Of a DNA stretch of 56,899 nt, positions 42,235-51,486 are shown piece after piece (the stretch's first letter is position 1; each line of letters starts with the position of its first letter). Origin of the DNA: an uncultured Vicinamibacteraceae bacterium. GTDB taxonomy: Bacteria; Acidobacteriota; Vicinamibacteria; Vicinamibacterales; UBA8438. The stretch covers positions 1-56,899 of the forward strand of contig CAZMWA010000108.1 of NCBI GenBank assembly GCA_964569405.1, read 5' to 3'. The position numbers and the translations under genes were made by a program. The notes beneath the pieces are model-generated. The model worked only from the letters and a program-made list of their open reading frames with translations, had not been told where the DNA came from and did no database searches.

Positions 42235-44145
42235 CTACTGCGCGCTGGCCGTCGGCCAGTCGATCTGCGCGCGGGCGGCGCCGTTGCGGTGCTCCCGCGT
42301 ATGCACGTTGAAGTAGAGCGCGCCCGACTCGAGATCGTCGCGCTCGGCGGCGCTGAGCGTCAGGGTGCCGGAGGCGCGGGTGGCGCCGGGGCCGGACAGC
42401 GGCAGCACCACCGGACCGATCTGGCCGGGGGCGCCGCGGTGCAGGTGCGTGGAGAGGACGTCGCCGGCGGGCGCGCCGTAGACGGTGACGGCGTAGCGCA
42501 ACTGCCGGGTCGCGGGGGTCCACGTGAGGCGGACGCCGGCCGTGACGCCGCTCTTGACCGCCGGCGCCGCTGCGGCGCCGGCCGCCGTCCACGCCGCCGT
42601 GCGCGAGGGGGCGGCGAGCAGGCTGGGCGTGGACGCCGGGGGCCGCCGATGGTGCGTCAACTGCTCGTACGAGTAGGCCAGGCGGATGAGGTCGCCCTCG
42701 GCCCACGTCCGCCCGAGCAGCTCGAGGCCGACCGGCAGGCCGTCGGCCGCGTACCCGGCCGGGACGACGATGGCCGGCAGGCCGGAGACGGCGCTCAACG
42801 CGCAGTTGTTGCCGCGCTGCGGCCAGCCGATCGGCGCGGCGGTGCGCCGCAGCGTCGGGTAGGCGAGCGCGTCGAGCCGCGCATCGTCCATGAATCTCGT
42901 CACCGCCTCCCGCAAGGGCCGGCGGCGGGCGAGCGCCTCGAGGTACTCGGGATCGTCGAGGCCGCGCACGCTGTCCGACCGCCGGTAGCGCTCCTCGACC
43001 GCCGCGTGATACAGCCCCGAGTCGAGAATCTCCCGCAGCGACTGCACCGGCGTGCCCGGCGCACGCAGGTAGTCGGCAAGCTGGAACTTGAACTCCACCG
43101 GGATGATCGACGCGCCGTCGAGCAGGTCCGGGACGCCCGGCAGATCCACGTCGAGCACCTCGGCCCCGGCCGCGGCCATCGTCTCCAGCGCGGCGCGGAT
43201 CACGGCCGCCACCGGCCCGTCCTCCGGCGCGCCGCCCACCAGCCAGGTGACGACGCCGATGCGTGCGCCCTCGAGCGCATCCTCCGCGAGGAAGGCCGTG
43301 TAGCTGTCCGGCACGCGGCCGCGGCCGCGCGCGGTCACCTCGTCGGCCGGATCGACGCCCACCGTGGCGTCGAGCACGATGGCCAGGTCGGTGACGGTCT
43401 TCGTCAGCGGCCCGCCCATGTCCTGCGTGAGCGCCAGCGGGACGATGCCGTCGCGGCTCGAGAGCCCGCGCGTGCCGCGCAGGCCGGCCAGGGCGTGGTG
43501 GGCCGACGGGACGCGGATCGACCCGCACGTGTCGGTCCCCATCCCGGCCGCGGCGAAGCCGGCCGCCACCGCGGCGCCCGTGCCGCCGCTCGAGCCGCCC
43601 GGGTTGCGGGTCGGGTCGTACGGGTTGCGGGTCTGCCCGCCCGCGGAGCTGACGGTCGTCAGCCCGTACGCCAGCTCGTGCATGTTGGCCTTGCCGATGA
43701 TGACGGCGCCGGCCTCCTTCAGCCTCGCCACCTGGAACGCATCGTCCGGCGGATGCCAGCCGGCCAGCGCGCTCGAGCCGGCGGTGGTCGGCAGGCCGGC
43801 CACGTCGTAGTTGTCCTTGACCACGACCGGGATGCCGTGGAGCGGGCCGCGGGGGCCGGTCGCGGCCCGCTCGCGGTCGAGCGCGGCCGCCTCGTCGAGC
43901 GCCCCGCCGTTGATGCTGATCATGGCTCTCAGCGCGGGGCCGCGGCGGTCGTATGCCTCGATGCGCGCAAGATACTGGGTCACCAGTTCGCGGGAGGTGA
44001 CGCGGCCGGCCTCCATCGCCGCCTGCAGCTCGGGGATGGTCCGCTCCACGACGTCGAACGGCGGCGGCGACGGCTGGCTGGAAGGTTCGCCGCAGGCGGC
44101 GGCGCAGAGTGCTGCAGAGAGAACGACCTGCCGTAGAAGCCTCAT
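42235..44145 (-). CDS. Amidase-signature enzyme fused to a C-terminal CHRD domain, lipoprotein
   Basis: GGSSGG amidase signature. C-terminal STHLHRGAPGQIGPVVLPL...YFNVHTREHRNGAARAQI (CHRD pattern). ATG 44145 gives MRLLRQVVLSAALCAAACG. Confidence 0.85.
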   Translation of the reverse strand: MRLLRQVVLSAALCAAACGEPSSQPSPPPFDVVERTIPELQAAMEAGRVTSRELVTQYLARIEAYDRRGPALRAMISINGGALDEAAALDRERAATGPRGPLHGIPVVVKDNYDVAGLPTTAGSSALAGWHPPDDAFQVARLKEAGAVIIGKANMHELAYGLTTVSSAGGQTRNPYDPTRNPGGSSGGTGAAVAAGFAAAGMGTDTCGSIRVPSAHHALAGLRGTRGLSSRDGIVPLALTQDMGGPLTKTVTDLAIVLDATVGVDPADEVTARGRGRVPDSYTAFLAEDALEGARIGVVTWLVGGAPEDGPVAAVIRAALETMAAAGAEVLDVDLPGVPDLLDGASIIPVEFKFQLADYLRAPGTPVQSLREILDSGLYHAAVEERYRRSDSVRGLDDPEYLEALARRRPLREAVTRFMDDARLDALAYPTLRRTAAPIGWPQRGNNCALSAVSGLPAIVVPAGYAADGLPVGLELLGRTWAEGDLIRLAYSYEQLTHHRRPPASTPSLLAAPSRTAAWTAAGAAAAPAVKSGVTAGVRLTWTPATRQLRYAVTVYGAPAGDVLSTHLHRGAPGQIGPVVLPLSGPGATRASGTLTLSAAERDDLESGALYFNVHTREHRNGAARAQIDWPTASAQ

Positions 44146-44169
44146 CCGGTCCGTCCTGCGGGGCTGCAA

Positions 44170-44232
44170 TCAGACGGGGCTGCGCCTGAACCCCCGGCGT
44201 CGGCTTGCGGGGACCCCACTGCCGCGCGCCGC
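44170..44232 (-). repeat. REP-like GC-rich intergenic element, copy 4
   Basis: TCAGACGGGGCTGCGCCTGAACCCCCGGCGTCGGCTTGCGGGGACCCCACTGCCGCGCGCCGC. Same context as the other copies: a short spacer between co-directional minus-strand genes. Confidence 0.7.
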
Positions 44233-44243
44233 TGCCCTGCCCT

Positions 44244-45275
44244 CTACGGCGCGGACTCCCGGTGCGACGCGCCGGCCTCGGCGTCCTCCACGCGGGCGCC
44301 GGCGAGGGTGTTCGGCATGGCGTAGTTCCCCTCGTGGCAGGCGTACTCGATCAGCGGCCAGTCGGTGGCCGCCATCGGCTGCTCCACCGTGAACGGCCGG
44401 ACGAAGGTCACCGGATCGTCCACGGTGTAGCGGTACATGAGCGTCGCGGCGTCCACGCGGGTGAAGCGCTCGACCAGCCGCAGGTTCTCGCCCGACCCCA
44501 CGGCGCTGGTGATCTCCGGGCTGAAGCTCGACGTCTTGTCCGTGAAGTTCGTCGTCTCGACCACCAGCGTGGCGCCGTCCCAGCGCGCCCGCGAGTCGCC
44601 CATCCACTGCCGCAGCCCCGGCGGCAGGTGCGCCCGCCCGTCGAGCGGGACGATCCGCGCATCGTGGACCATCTCGTTGAGGACGACCACGTGGTCGGGC
44701 GTCTGCAGCAACTGCATCGAGTTGTTGTAGAAGCTCGGAATCATCGGCGGACCGGAGTTGAACCCCAGGATGCAACGCTCGGCGATGCCGAGGTCCTCCG
44801 GGCCGTCCGCTATCCGGTTCGGCATGTAGCCGGCCACGCGCTCGCGGATGGGCCGCTCCCACGTCACCGCGCGCCGCGTCATCCGCCGCTGCTCGGCCGC
44901 CGTCAGGGGCGGCAGCCGGCCGTCCGGCGGGTCGATGATGAGCGAGGTACGCCGCGTCGGCACGACCTCCTCGCCCTGATCCAGCCAGAAGCGGTTGTAG
45001 AAGCCGGTGTCGCCCGCCTCCGGGACGCGGTCCACCCGCTCGGCCGCCGTGAGCGCCTCCTGGACGGCCGCCTCCTCGGCGCTGAGCACGACCGTCCCGG
45101 CCAGCTCGCCGGGACGTTCCAGCGGCGTGATGGTGCGGAAGTCCCAGATGCCCTGGAGGTCCGGGTCGCCCCACGGCGTGCGGGCACCGGCCGCGCCGTC
45201 CGCCGCCGGCTGCGCGCCGCAGACGGCAGGCACGAGAACGGCGAGACCGACGGCCACCAGCAGCTTCACGGCCAT
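44244..45275 (-). CDS. Secreted protein, family A
   Basis: ATG 45275 (GGGAG upstream). MAVKLLVAVGLAVLVPAVCGA, TPWGDPDLQGIW, ERCILGF, RQWMGDSRARWDGATLVVETTNF, ACHEGNYAMPNTLAGARVED. Confidence 0.85.
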   Translation of the reverse strand: MAVKLLVAVGLAVLVPAVCGAQPAADGAAGARTPWGDPDLQGIWDFRTITPLERPGELAGTVVLSAEEAAVQEALTAAERVDRVPEAGDTGFYNRFWLDQGEEVVPTRRTSLIIDPPDGRLPPLTAAEQRRMTRRAVTWERPIRERVAGYMPNRIADGPEDLGIAERCILGFNSGPPMIPSFYNNSMQLLQTPDHVVVLNEMVHDARIVPLDGRAHLPPGLRQWMGDSRARWDGATLVVETTNFTDKTSSFSPEITSAVGSGENLRLVERFTRVDAATLMYRYTVDDPVTFVRPFTVEQPMAATDWPLIEYACHEGNYAMPNTLAGARVEDAEAGASHRESAP

Positions 45276-45298
45276 GGGCGGCTCCCTGCCCGCCGCGA

Positions 45299-46219
45299 TC
45301 AGCGGGTCACCGTGATCATGAGATTCTCGCTGGTCGTCAGCGCACTGTCGCCCGCCAGGGCGCGCAGCACGTATGTCCCGGGCTCGTCGAAGGTCACGGC
45401 CACCTCCCACCTGCCGTCCTCGGGAACGGGCGGAATCAGATAGGGGAACGACCAGGGCGAGTTCGCGTACACGCGCGTGTCCTGCCACATCTTCAACTGC
45501 TCGGGGTAGAACGTGACCTTGGACGCGTCGCCGCGGTACACGATCCACGCGAACCGCAGGCCGGGCGGGTTGCCGGGCACGATCTGCCGGGGCGGCATGT
45601 AGGCCGGGTGCGGCTTGCCGGACTCCACCATGGGCGGCTCGTACGTGCCCGTCGGGATGCCGTCGTCGGACGCGAAGGCCACCAGCCGCAACGGCTCGCC
45701 GACCCGCACGCGGCGCGGCTGGTCCACGGCGAGGTCGAGGGTCGGGAACTCGTTGTCGCGCCACTCGTCGATGACGCCCCCGAAGTTCGCGCCCATCTCG
45801 GTGCCGATGGTCTGCGGATCGAGCAGGTAGTCCGTGCGCAGCGAGCCGTAGGCCCGCTCCGTCCGTCCGTTGGTCGTGAGCGTCCAGACGACCTCCTGAT
45901 CCCCGAAGTCCGCCGGCACCTCGACCGTGAACAGGAACAGGTTGCGGCGCGGGTAGAAGTGCGTCGGCTGCCCCCGGTCGGGCCCGCCGGGCTCGATGTT
46001 GTTGTCGGGACCGATCGGTACGTCCAATTCCTCCACCCAGTTCGAGTTCATGTAGCCGAAGAACAGCGAGTAGGTGCCGTCCTCGTTCTGCCACCAGCCC
46101 TCGAACGCGGGCGACACGCTCTGCCCCCGCGAGTACGTGAACCGGGTCTGCGCATTCAACCCCAGGCCCGCCACGAGCAGGGCCAGCACCACAAGCAGCC
46201 AGCATGTTCTCTTCTTCAT
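45299..46219 (-). CDS. Secreted protein, family B (unknown; partner of the cytochrome c/PHM-like gene)
   Basis: 306 aa with a signal peptide. Paralog of 53047..53937; shared blocks include PAFEGW, FGY-x-N-x-NW, GPDN-x-EPGGPD-x-GQPT, VWTLT-x-NG-x-T-x-RAYGSL. Confidence 0.75.
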   Translation of the reverse strand: MKKRTCWLLVVLALLVAGLGLNAQTRFTYSRGQSVSPAFEGWWQNEDGTYSLFFGYMNSNWVEELDVPIGPDNNIEPGGPDRGQPTHFYPRRNLFLFTVEVPADFGDQEVVWTLTTNGRTERAYGSLRTDYLLDPQTIGTEMGANFGGVIDEWRDNEFPTLDLAVDQPRRVRVGEPLRLVAFASDDGIPTGTYEPPMVESGKPHPAYMPPRQIVPGNPPGLRFAWIVYRGDASKVTFYPEQLKMWQDTRVYANSPWSFPYLIPPVPEDGRWEVAVTFDEPGTYVLRALAGDSALTTSENLMITVTR

Positions 46220-46247
46220 TGCCCTTGTCCGGATCGTCCCGGCCTCG

Positions 46248-47672
46248 CTACTGCTGATCGTCCTGCTGGTCGTTCGCCGCCGCGGCCTGCGACGGGAACT
46301 CCACCTGGCACAACGGACACCCGATGACGTGATCGTTCCTGGTGAGCTGCAGCCGCGCCCGGCGCTCGGCCATCTCGCGCTCGAACTGCTCGTCGGTCAG
46401 CTCGTAGGCCAGCCCCAGGTCGATGAACATGTTGGACACCGAGCGGCGGCCGCCGCCCGACCAGTTCCGCGGGTCGGCCACGTTGCGGTTGGCCGCCGTC
46501 GTGTCCAGCCAGCCGATGATGTGCAGGATGGTCCCCTTCGGCAGCAGCGGCGCGTGGTCGTCCTCGAAGATGTACTGCTTCACCCAGTTGTGGTCGTAGC
46601 CCACGCACGACAGCGTCTCGATGTTGTGGCCCCAGATGGCCTCGAGGCACATGCGCGTCCCGGGGGCGTGCTGGTGCGGCTCGAACGACAGCAGCTTGGT
46701 GTGCGCGTCGAGCACGCGGTACGCATGCAGCTCCTGGCCGGCCTGGTTCGGCTTGATGTCGATGTCGACGCCGTTGCCCACGAAGGTCCGCGCGTACCTC
46801 ACCGCCGGCTCGTAGCCCCGGGGGTGCAGCTTGAACGCGAACTTCAGGTGCGCCCGCGTCTCGCGGCCGTTCGAGTGCAGGTGAGCGTTGTGCAGGTCGA
46901 GCACCGACCCCGCCTCGAGCAGCCGCCCCGCCTCCGGCGGGAACACGTCCGCGTTGCGCCCCACCTCGTGGACCGGCCAGCCGTCCGGACGCTGGCCCGC
47001 ATCCGCGTCGGGCCCCAGCGACCCGTAGTTCATGTGGTGGAACACGTAGCGCCCGCCGACCGTGCCGGAGGCCTGCGTCCGCGGCACGTCGTTGAACTCC
47101 CTGACCTCGACGGCCGCGACGTAGCGGTCTTCCGTCAACCCGGTCTCGAGCCTGCCGAGCGACGTCCAACTGTCCGGCGCCGAGGCCGGCACGACGACCC
47201 CGGGGGACTCGAGAATCAGATCGGGCTCGCCGATCGTCCACTCGTCCTCGCCGGCGAACTGGAGCGGCGGCGGCAGGTCGGCCGGGTTGCCCAGCGGCGC
47301 GCCGTTGTCCGCCCAGATCGCGATGGCCTCGATCTCGTCCTCGCTCAGCGAGGGATCGTTCTTGAAATGCTGGATCCCGATGTCCTTCTCGACGAACCAC
47401 GGCGGCATGGCGCCGCGCCGGTGCCGCAAGGCGGTCCGCGCCTTGATGGCCCGCGCCCAGGGCCGCGTCTCCTCGTACGTCAGGAGCGACATCGGCGCCA
47501 CCGAGTCCGGCCGATGGCACTGCTGGCAGCTCCGCTGGAGGATGGGCGCGATATCCTTCGCGAATGTCACCTCGGGCTGGCCGGAAGCGCCCGATCCGCC
47601 CGGCTGGGCGCCCGCGGCGACCGGCACCAGCACGGCGGCCATCAGAAGCGCGGAACGATACGTGCCTGTCAT
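46248..47672 (-). CDS. Secreted fusion, family C: PSCyt1-type cytochrome c motif + PHM/DBH-like putative copper monooxygenase domain
   Basis: Signal peptide. FAKDIAPILQRSCQQCHRP (CxxCH). His clusters FHHM, HNAHLHS, FEPHQHAPGTRMC and a distal NMF. AAGGAGAG RBS upstream. Confidence 0.75.
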   Translation of the reverse strand: MTGTYRSALLMAAVLVPVAAGAQPGGSGASGQPEVTFAKDIAPILQRSCQQCHRPDSVAPMSLLTYEETRPWARAIKARTALRHRRGAMPPWFVEKDIGIQHFKNDPSLSEDEIEAIAIWADNGAPLGNPADLPPPLQFAGEDEWTIGEPDLILESPGVVVPASAPDSWTSLGRLETGLTEDRYVAAVEVREFNDVPRTQASGTVGGRYVFHHMNYGSLGPDADAGQRPDGWPVHEVGRNADVFPPEAGRLLEAGSVLDLHNAHLHSNGRETRAHLKFAFKLHPRGYEPAVRYARTFVGNGVDIDIKPNQAGQELHAYRVLDAHTKLLSFEPHQHAPGTRMCLEAIWGHNIETLSCVGYDHNWVKQYIFEDDHAPLLPKGTILHIIGWLDTTAANRNVADPRNWSGGGRRSVSNMFIDLGLAYELTDEQFEREMAERRARLQLTRNDHVIGCPLCQVEFPSQAAAANDQQDDQQ

Positions 47673-48011
47673 GTACAGAACTCTCCTTCGAAATCAGCCG
47701 ACAATCGCGATCAGTATCCCTCCAAACCCCCCGGGACGCAACCGTATCCACGCGGCGGGGCGGCCGTATAATCGCTCTGTGGCGGGACACAACGGAGGGA
47801 AACGTGACAGGTGGAACACGCCGGAGGCCGCTCCCGGGTCATACGCCCGCGGACACGGCCGGGCGCGCCCACCCGTCGCTGCCCGCCCGGGCAATCTCCA
47901 GAATGTGGCCGTCGCCCGGGCGGACAAGACCGTATCCAGACTAGCGGGGCAGCGTAACGCCTTGTCGACGGCGCCGTTGCGGGCGCGTTAAATCCAGGAG
48001 GTAGCACACCA

Positions 48012-48752
48012 ATGAGACGGACCGCGAGATGGACCGCGCTGCGCGCAACCGGCGGTGGACTGCTCGTCGGCCTGACGCTGCTGCTGGGCGCCTCCCCGGC
48101 GGCGGCCCAGTTCCGGGCGCCGAGCCCGGACGGGCTGGCGTCGACCGAGACCGGCGGCCGGTACGCCGGCGGACGGACCCCGTACTACATCGAGGGCAGG
48201 TGGATCGAGATCAGCTACGGCCGCCCCATCAAGCGCGGCCGGGATCTCTGGGGCACCGAGCAGACCTACGGCATGTGGCTCAACCGCAGCGCCCCGGTCT
48301 GGCGCGCCGGCGCCGACGTGTCCACCTACCTGATGACCGAGGCGCCGCTCGTCATCGGCGGCACGCGCATCGAGCCGGGCGGGTACACGATGTTCATCGA
48401 CCTCGAGCCCGACGACTGGACGCTCATCATCTCCAACTGGCAGCCGCAGAGCCGCTACGACCCGAACGACCGCACCCGGCTGTGGGGCTCCTACGGCTAC
48501 ACCCCCGACAAGGACGTCGTGCGCGTGCCGATGGAGCTGTCGGAGCTGCCGTGGTCGGTCGACCAGCTCACCTGGCTGTTCCTCGACGTGAGCGACACGG
48601 CCGGCCGGTTCGCCCTCATGTGGGACACCGTGATGGCCGCGGTCGCGTTCGACATCCCGCCCGAGCCGGCCGACGTGGAGGGCCAGGGACCGACCATCGA
48701 TCCGCGCAGCGCGCCGATCCTCCGCAACGGCCCCGGGGGCGCCGGCCGGTGA
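48012..48752 (+). CDS. DUF2911 family protein, secreted
   Basis: Signal peptide. SYGRPIKRGRDLWG, VWRAGADVSTYL, GGTRIEPGGYTMFIDLEPDDWTLIISN. Confidence 0.65.
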   Translation: MRRTARWTALRATGGGLLVGLTLLLGASPAAAQFRAPSPDGLASTETGGRYAGGRTPYYIEGRWIEISYGRPIKRGRDLWGTEQTYGMWLNRSAPVWRAGADVSTYLMTEAPLVIGGTRIEPGGYTMFIDLEPDDWTLIISNWQPQSRYDPNDRTRLWGSYGYTPDKDVVRVPMELSELPWSVDQLTWLFLDVSDTAGRFALMWDTVMAAVAFDIPPEPADVEGQGPTIDPRSAPILRNGPGGAGR

Positions 48753-49678
48753 CGGCGCGTCCCGCGCTCGCGACCGCGCTGCTGCTCGTCGGGGGCGGCT
48801 GGCTCGCGCCCGCCGGCGCACCCGGCGCGGCGCAGGCACAGGACGCCGCGGCAGTGGCCCAGGTGGGCATCGTGGTGCGGGATGCCGCGGCCTCCGCGGC
48901 GGCCTACGCCGCGCTGGCGGGCGTTGCCGCGCCCGCGGTGGAGACGGTGCGCGGGGACGAGCCCGCGCGCGTGGCCCGGGTGCGGCTGGCCAACGTCGCC
49001 GTCGACCTGATCGAGCCGACCGGCCCGCCGGGCGGCGCCTGGCGCGACTTCCTGGACACCCGCGGCCAGGGAGTGCACCACCTGGCGGTTCGCACCGGCG
49101 GCGGGGGGGCGCGCATCGACCTCACCACGCAGCTCGGGTTGCTGGTGGAGGTGGTCCCGCCAGCGGCGGGCGAGCGGCTGCCGGACGCCGCTGCCGAGTC
49201 GACCGGCGGGCGCCCCGCCGCGGACCTCGACCGCCCGGCCTGCATCACGCACCTGGGCATCGCCGTCCGCGACATCCGGGCCGCACGGCAGGCGCTCCTG
49301 GATGCGGTCGGCGTCGAGCCGACGCCCATCCGGGAGTTCGAGGCGGCGCGCGGCCGGGGCGAGTTCACCGCGTTCAACCTGCAGAACGTCAGCATCGAGC
49401 TGTTGCAGCAGGTGGGCGACGGCACCGGCACGTATGCCGACTTCCTGGACCTGCACGGCCAGCGCGTGCACCACATCGGCATGCACTTCCGGAACGCCGG
49501 CGAGAGCCTCGACATGCCCGCGCAGGTCGAGCGGCTGGAGCGGCACGGCGGCCGGCTGGCTGCGGACGGCGGCAGCCACGCCTACTTCGACCTCCGGCCG
49601 CGGCTCGGCCTGCTGGTCGAAACTCTGGCCCCGGCGTCGAGCGACGCCATCTATCCGCACCCGCACGATGCCCCGTAG
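48749..49678 (+). CDS. Tandem VOC/glyoxalase-domain protein, secreted
   Basis: GTG 48749 overlaps the upstream TGA (GTGA). Two repeats of the type VAQVGIVVRD...GVHHLAV and ITHLGIAVRD...RVHHIGM. Confidence 0.7.
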   Translation: MTARPALATALLLVGGGWLAPAGAPGAAQAQDAAAVAQVGIVVRDAAASAAAYAALAGVAAPAVETVRGDEPARVARVRLANVAVDLIEPTGPPGGAWRDFLDTRGQGVHHLAVRTGGGGARIDLTTQLGLLVEVVPPAAGERLPDAAAESTGGRPAADLDRPACITHLGIAVRDIRAARQALLDAVGVEPTPIREFEAARGRGEFTAFNLQNVSIELLQQVGDGTGTYADFLDLHGQRVHHIGMHFRNAGESLDMPAQVERLERHGGRLAADGGSHAYFDLRPRLGLLVETLAPASSDAIYPHPHDAP

Positions 49679-49688
49679 GAGAGCACGC

Positions 49689-50756
49689 ATGCACGCCAGG
49701 GACGCCGGCGCGCGGCGGCTCGCTGCGCTGCTGCTGAGCTGCGCGGCAGCCTGGGCGTTCGGCCCGCAGGCCCGGTTGCACGGGCAGGCGCTGGAGCCGG
49801 TTGGGGTCATCCCCGGACCGGCCGGGGTCGTGAGCGTCCATGGCGACCGCGCGTACGTCGGCGACGGGCGCACGTTGCGCGTAGTCGACATCGCGGATCC
49901 GGCCGCGCCGGACGTGACGGGCTCGGTGACGCTTCCGGAGAACATCTACGGCATCGACGTCGCCGGAACGGTGGCGTACGCGGCGATCGACTTCGGCGGA
50001 CTGGCCACGGTGGACGTGTCCGACCCCGCCGCGCCGCGGCTCCTCGCCGCGCTCCGGACGCCGGGTCAGGCGCTGAGCGTCGCGGTGGCCGGGACCACGG
50101 CGGCCGTGACGAACCGGCTGTCCGGCCTGGAGCTGATCGACGTCTCGGACCCGGCGGCGCCGGCCGCGAGCGCGTCCTACTTCGCCGAGGGGTATGCCAT
50201 CGACGTGGCCGTCGCCGGCTCGCGCGCCTACGTGATAGACACCCCCGGCGGGCTGTCCATCGTCGACCTCGCCGGCATGGCGGAGGAGCGCCCGGCGCGG
50301 GGCACGCTGGCCACGCGGGAGATGACGGCGGCCGTGGCGGTCGGCACGCTGCGGCTGAACGGCGCCGAGACGACGCTGGCGGGGCTGATGAGCTCGGAGT
50401 CGACCCTGGAGCTGGTCGACGTCTCGGACCCCGAGGCACCGGCGCCGCTGGGCGCCTACCGGGACGCCGGACGGCCCGGCACAGGCGGCTACATCGCCGC
50501 CGCCGCCACGGGCGGCCTGGTCCACGTGGAGCTGCAGGGCTCGCTCGCCTTCCTGGCCGACGCCTATCCCCCGTTCCTGCTGCAGGTCGTGGACGTGTCC
50601 GACCCCGCCGCGCCCACCCTGGTCACCGAGTACGAGCCCGCCGGCCCGCCCCGCGACCTGGCGGTCGCGGGCCCGCTGGTGCTCCTGGCCGTGGGGGGGC
50701 CCGAGATGGGCGGAACCGGCGAGCCGGGCGTCGTCATTCTGCGCCTGGAGCCGTAG
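49689..50756 (+). CDS. LVIVD-repeat beta-propeller protein, secreted
   Basis: Repeated xVDxSDPAAP units (VVDIADPAAP, TVDVSDPAAP, LIDVSDPAAP, LVDVSDPEAP, VVDVSDPAAP). Confidence 0.7.
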   Translation: MHARDAGARRLAALLLSCAAAWAFGPQARLHGQALEPVGVIPGPAGVVSVHGDRAYVGDGRTLRVVDIADPAAPDVTGSVTLPENIYGIDVAGTVAYAAIDFGGLATVDVSDPAAPRLLAALRTPGQALSVAVAGTTAAVTNRLSGLELIDVSDPAAPAASASYFAEGYAIDVAVAGSRAYVIDTPGGLSIVDLAGMAEERPARGTLATREMTAAVAVGTLRLNGAETTLAGLMSSESTLELVDVSDPEAPAPLGAYRDAGRPGTGGYIAAAATGGLVHVELQGSLAFLADAYPPFLLQVVDVSDPAAPTLVTEYEPAGPPRDLAVAGPLVLLAVGGPEMGGTGEPGVVILRLEP

Positions 50757-50785
50757 GAGCCTCGGTCGGGCGCCAGGTGGAGCCC

Positions 50786-51235
50786 TCAGGCGATGCCCTG
50801 CGGGCCGGGTTCCGGCGACTCGCTCGGCGCCGCGCGCCACGCCTCGAGCCGCAGGCCGGTAATGCGGCGCATGTGATCGGCGTCATCGCTGACCAGCACG
50901 GCGTCCCTTGCGAGCGCGTGAGCGGCGATCGCGACGTCGAAGTCCTCGATGCGAACGCCGCGGCGTTCCAGATCCGCTTTCGTCGTGCCGAACGCGCGGC
51001 TCACCTCGTCGGTCCACTCCGCGCGCGGCATCTCGTCCAGAAACGCCCGGAAGCGCGCAGCCAGCCGCGTCCGGCGCTTCGACCTGCGCATCCGCGCCAG
51101 GCCGTACTCGACCTCGGCAACGACCGGCTGGGGCAGCAGCACGTCGGTCCGGGCGAGCGACAGCAGCCGTTCGCAGACCTGCGGCTCGCCCCCCATCGCA
51201 TACGACAGCGTGTTGGTGTCCAGCACGTACTTCAC
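50786..51235 (-). CDS. vapC: PIN-domain toxin VapC
   Basis: GTG 51235, reading VKYVLDTNTLSY. Acidic residues at LVSDDADH. GTGA overlap with the vapB stop. Confidence 0.8.
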   Translation of the reverse strand: MKYVLDTNTLSYAMGGEPQVCERLLSLARTDVLLPQPVVAEVEYGLARMRRSKRRTRLAARFRAFLDEMPRAEWTDEVSRAFGTTKADLERRGVRIEDFDVAIAAHALARDAVLVSDDADHMRRITGLRLEAWRAAPSESPEPGPQGIA

Positions 51236-51486
51236 AACGTCGGCGGTTCCTTTCGCGTTCGGCCGGCCGCCACCGCCGCGCGCAGGTCCGCGAGCGCGGC
51301 GCGGCCCTCGGAGTCGGCGCGCGCCGCCTCGAGCTCGGCGACGAACGCGGCGCTCCAGCGTGTTTCCGTCGTCACGACGCTCTCCAGGGCGCGCACGATG
51401 TAGCGGTTGCGGCTCACGCCGAGATCCAGCGCCCGCCGGTCGACCATCGCGAGGAGCTGCGGAGGCAGGTGAACGGTCGTGCTCAT
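51232..51486 (-). CDS. vapB: Ribbon-helix-helix (CopG-type) antitoxin VapB
   Basis: 84 aa. VHLPPQLLAMVDRRALDLGVSRNRYIVRALE is a typical RHH. Confidence 0.75.
   Translation of the reverse strand: MSTTVHLPPQLLAMVDRRALDLGVSRNRYIVRALESVVTTETRWSAAFVAELEAARADSEGRAALADLRAAVAAGRTRKEPPTL

Noticed and set aside
41677-44136. 819-aa plus-strand ORF opposite the amidase gene, with similar cases at 14926..17001, 46074..47771 and 51519..52790
   Set aside because: The opposite-strand products carry family signatures (GGSSGG, Mo-Cys context, CxxCH). These frames are compositional artefacts.
44146-44169. Track start codons at TTG 44169 (amidase), TTG 40654 (ATPase), TTG 37906 (mntA), ATG 1914 (family A) and ATG 11303 (flavodoxin-like)
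   Set aside because: Downstream ATGs give canonical signal peptides and/or better SD spacing (44145, 40648, 37927, 1893). ATG 11303 lies inside the opposing TATAAT box. The upstream starts remain possible but are less likely.
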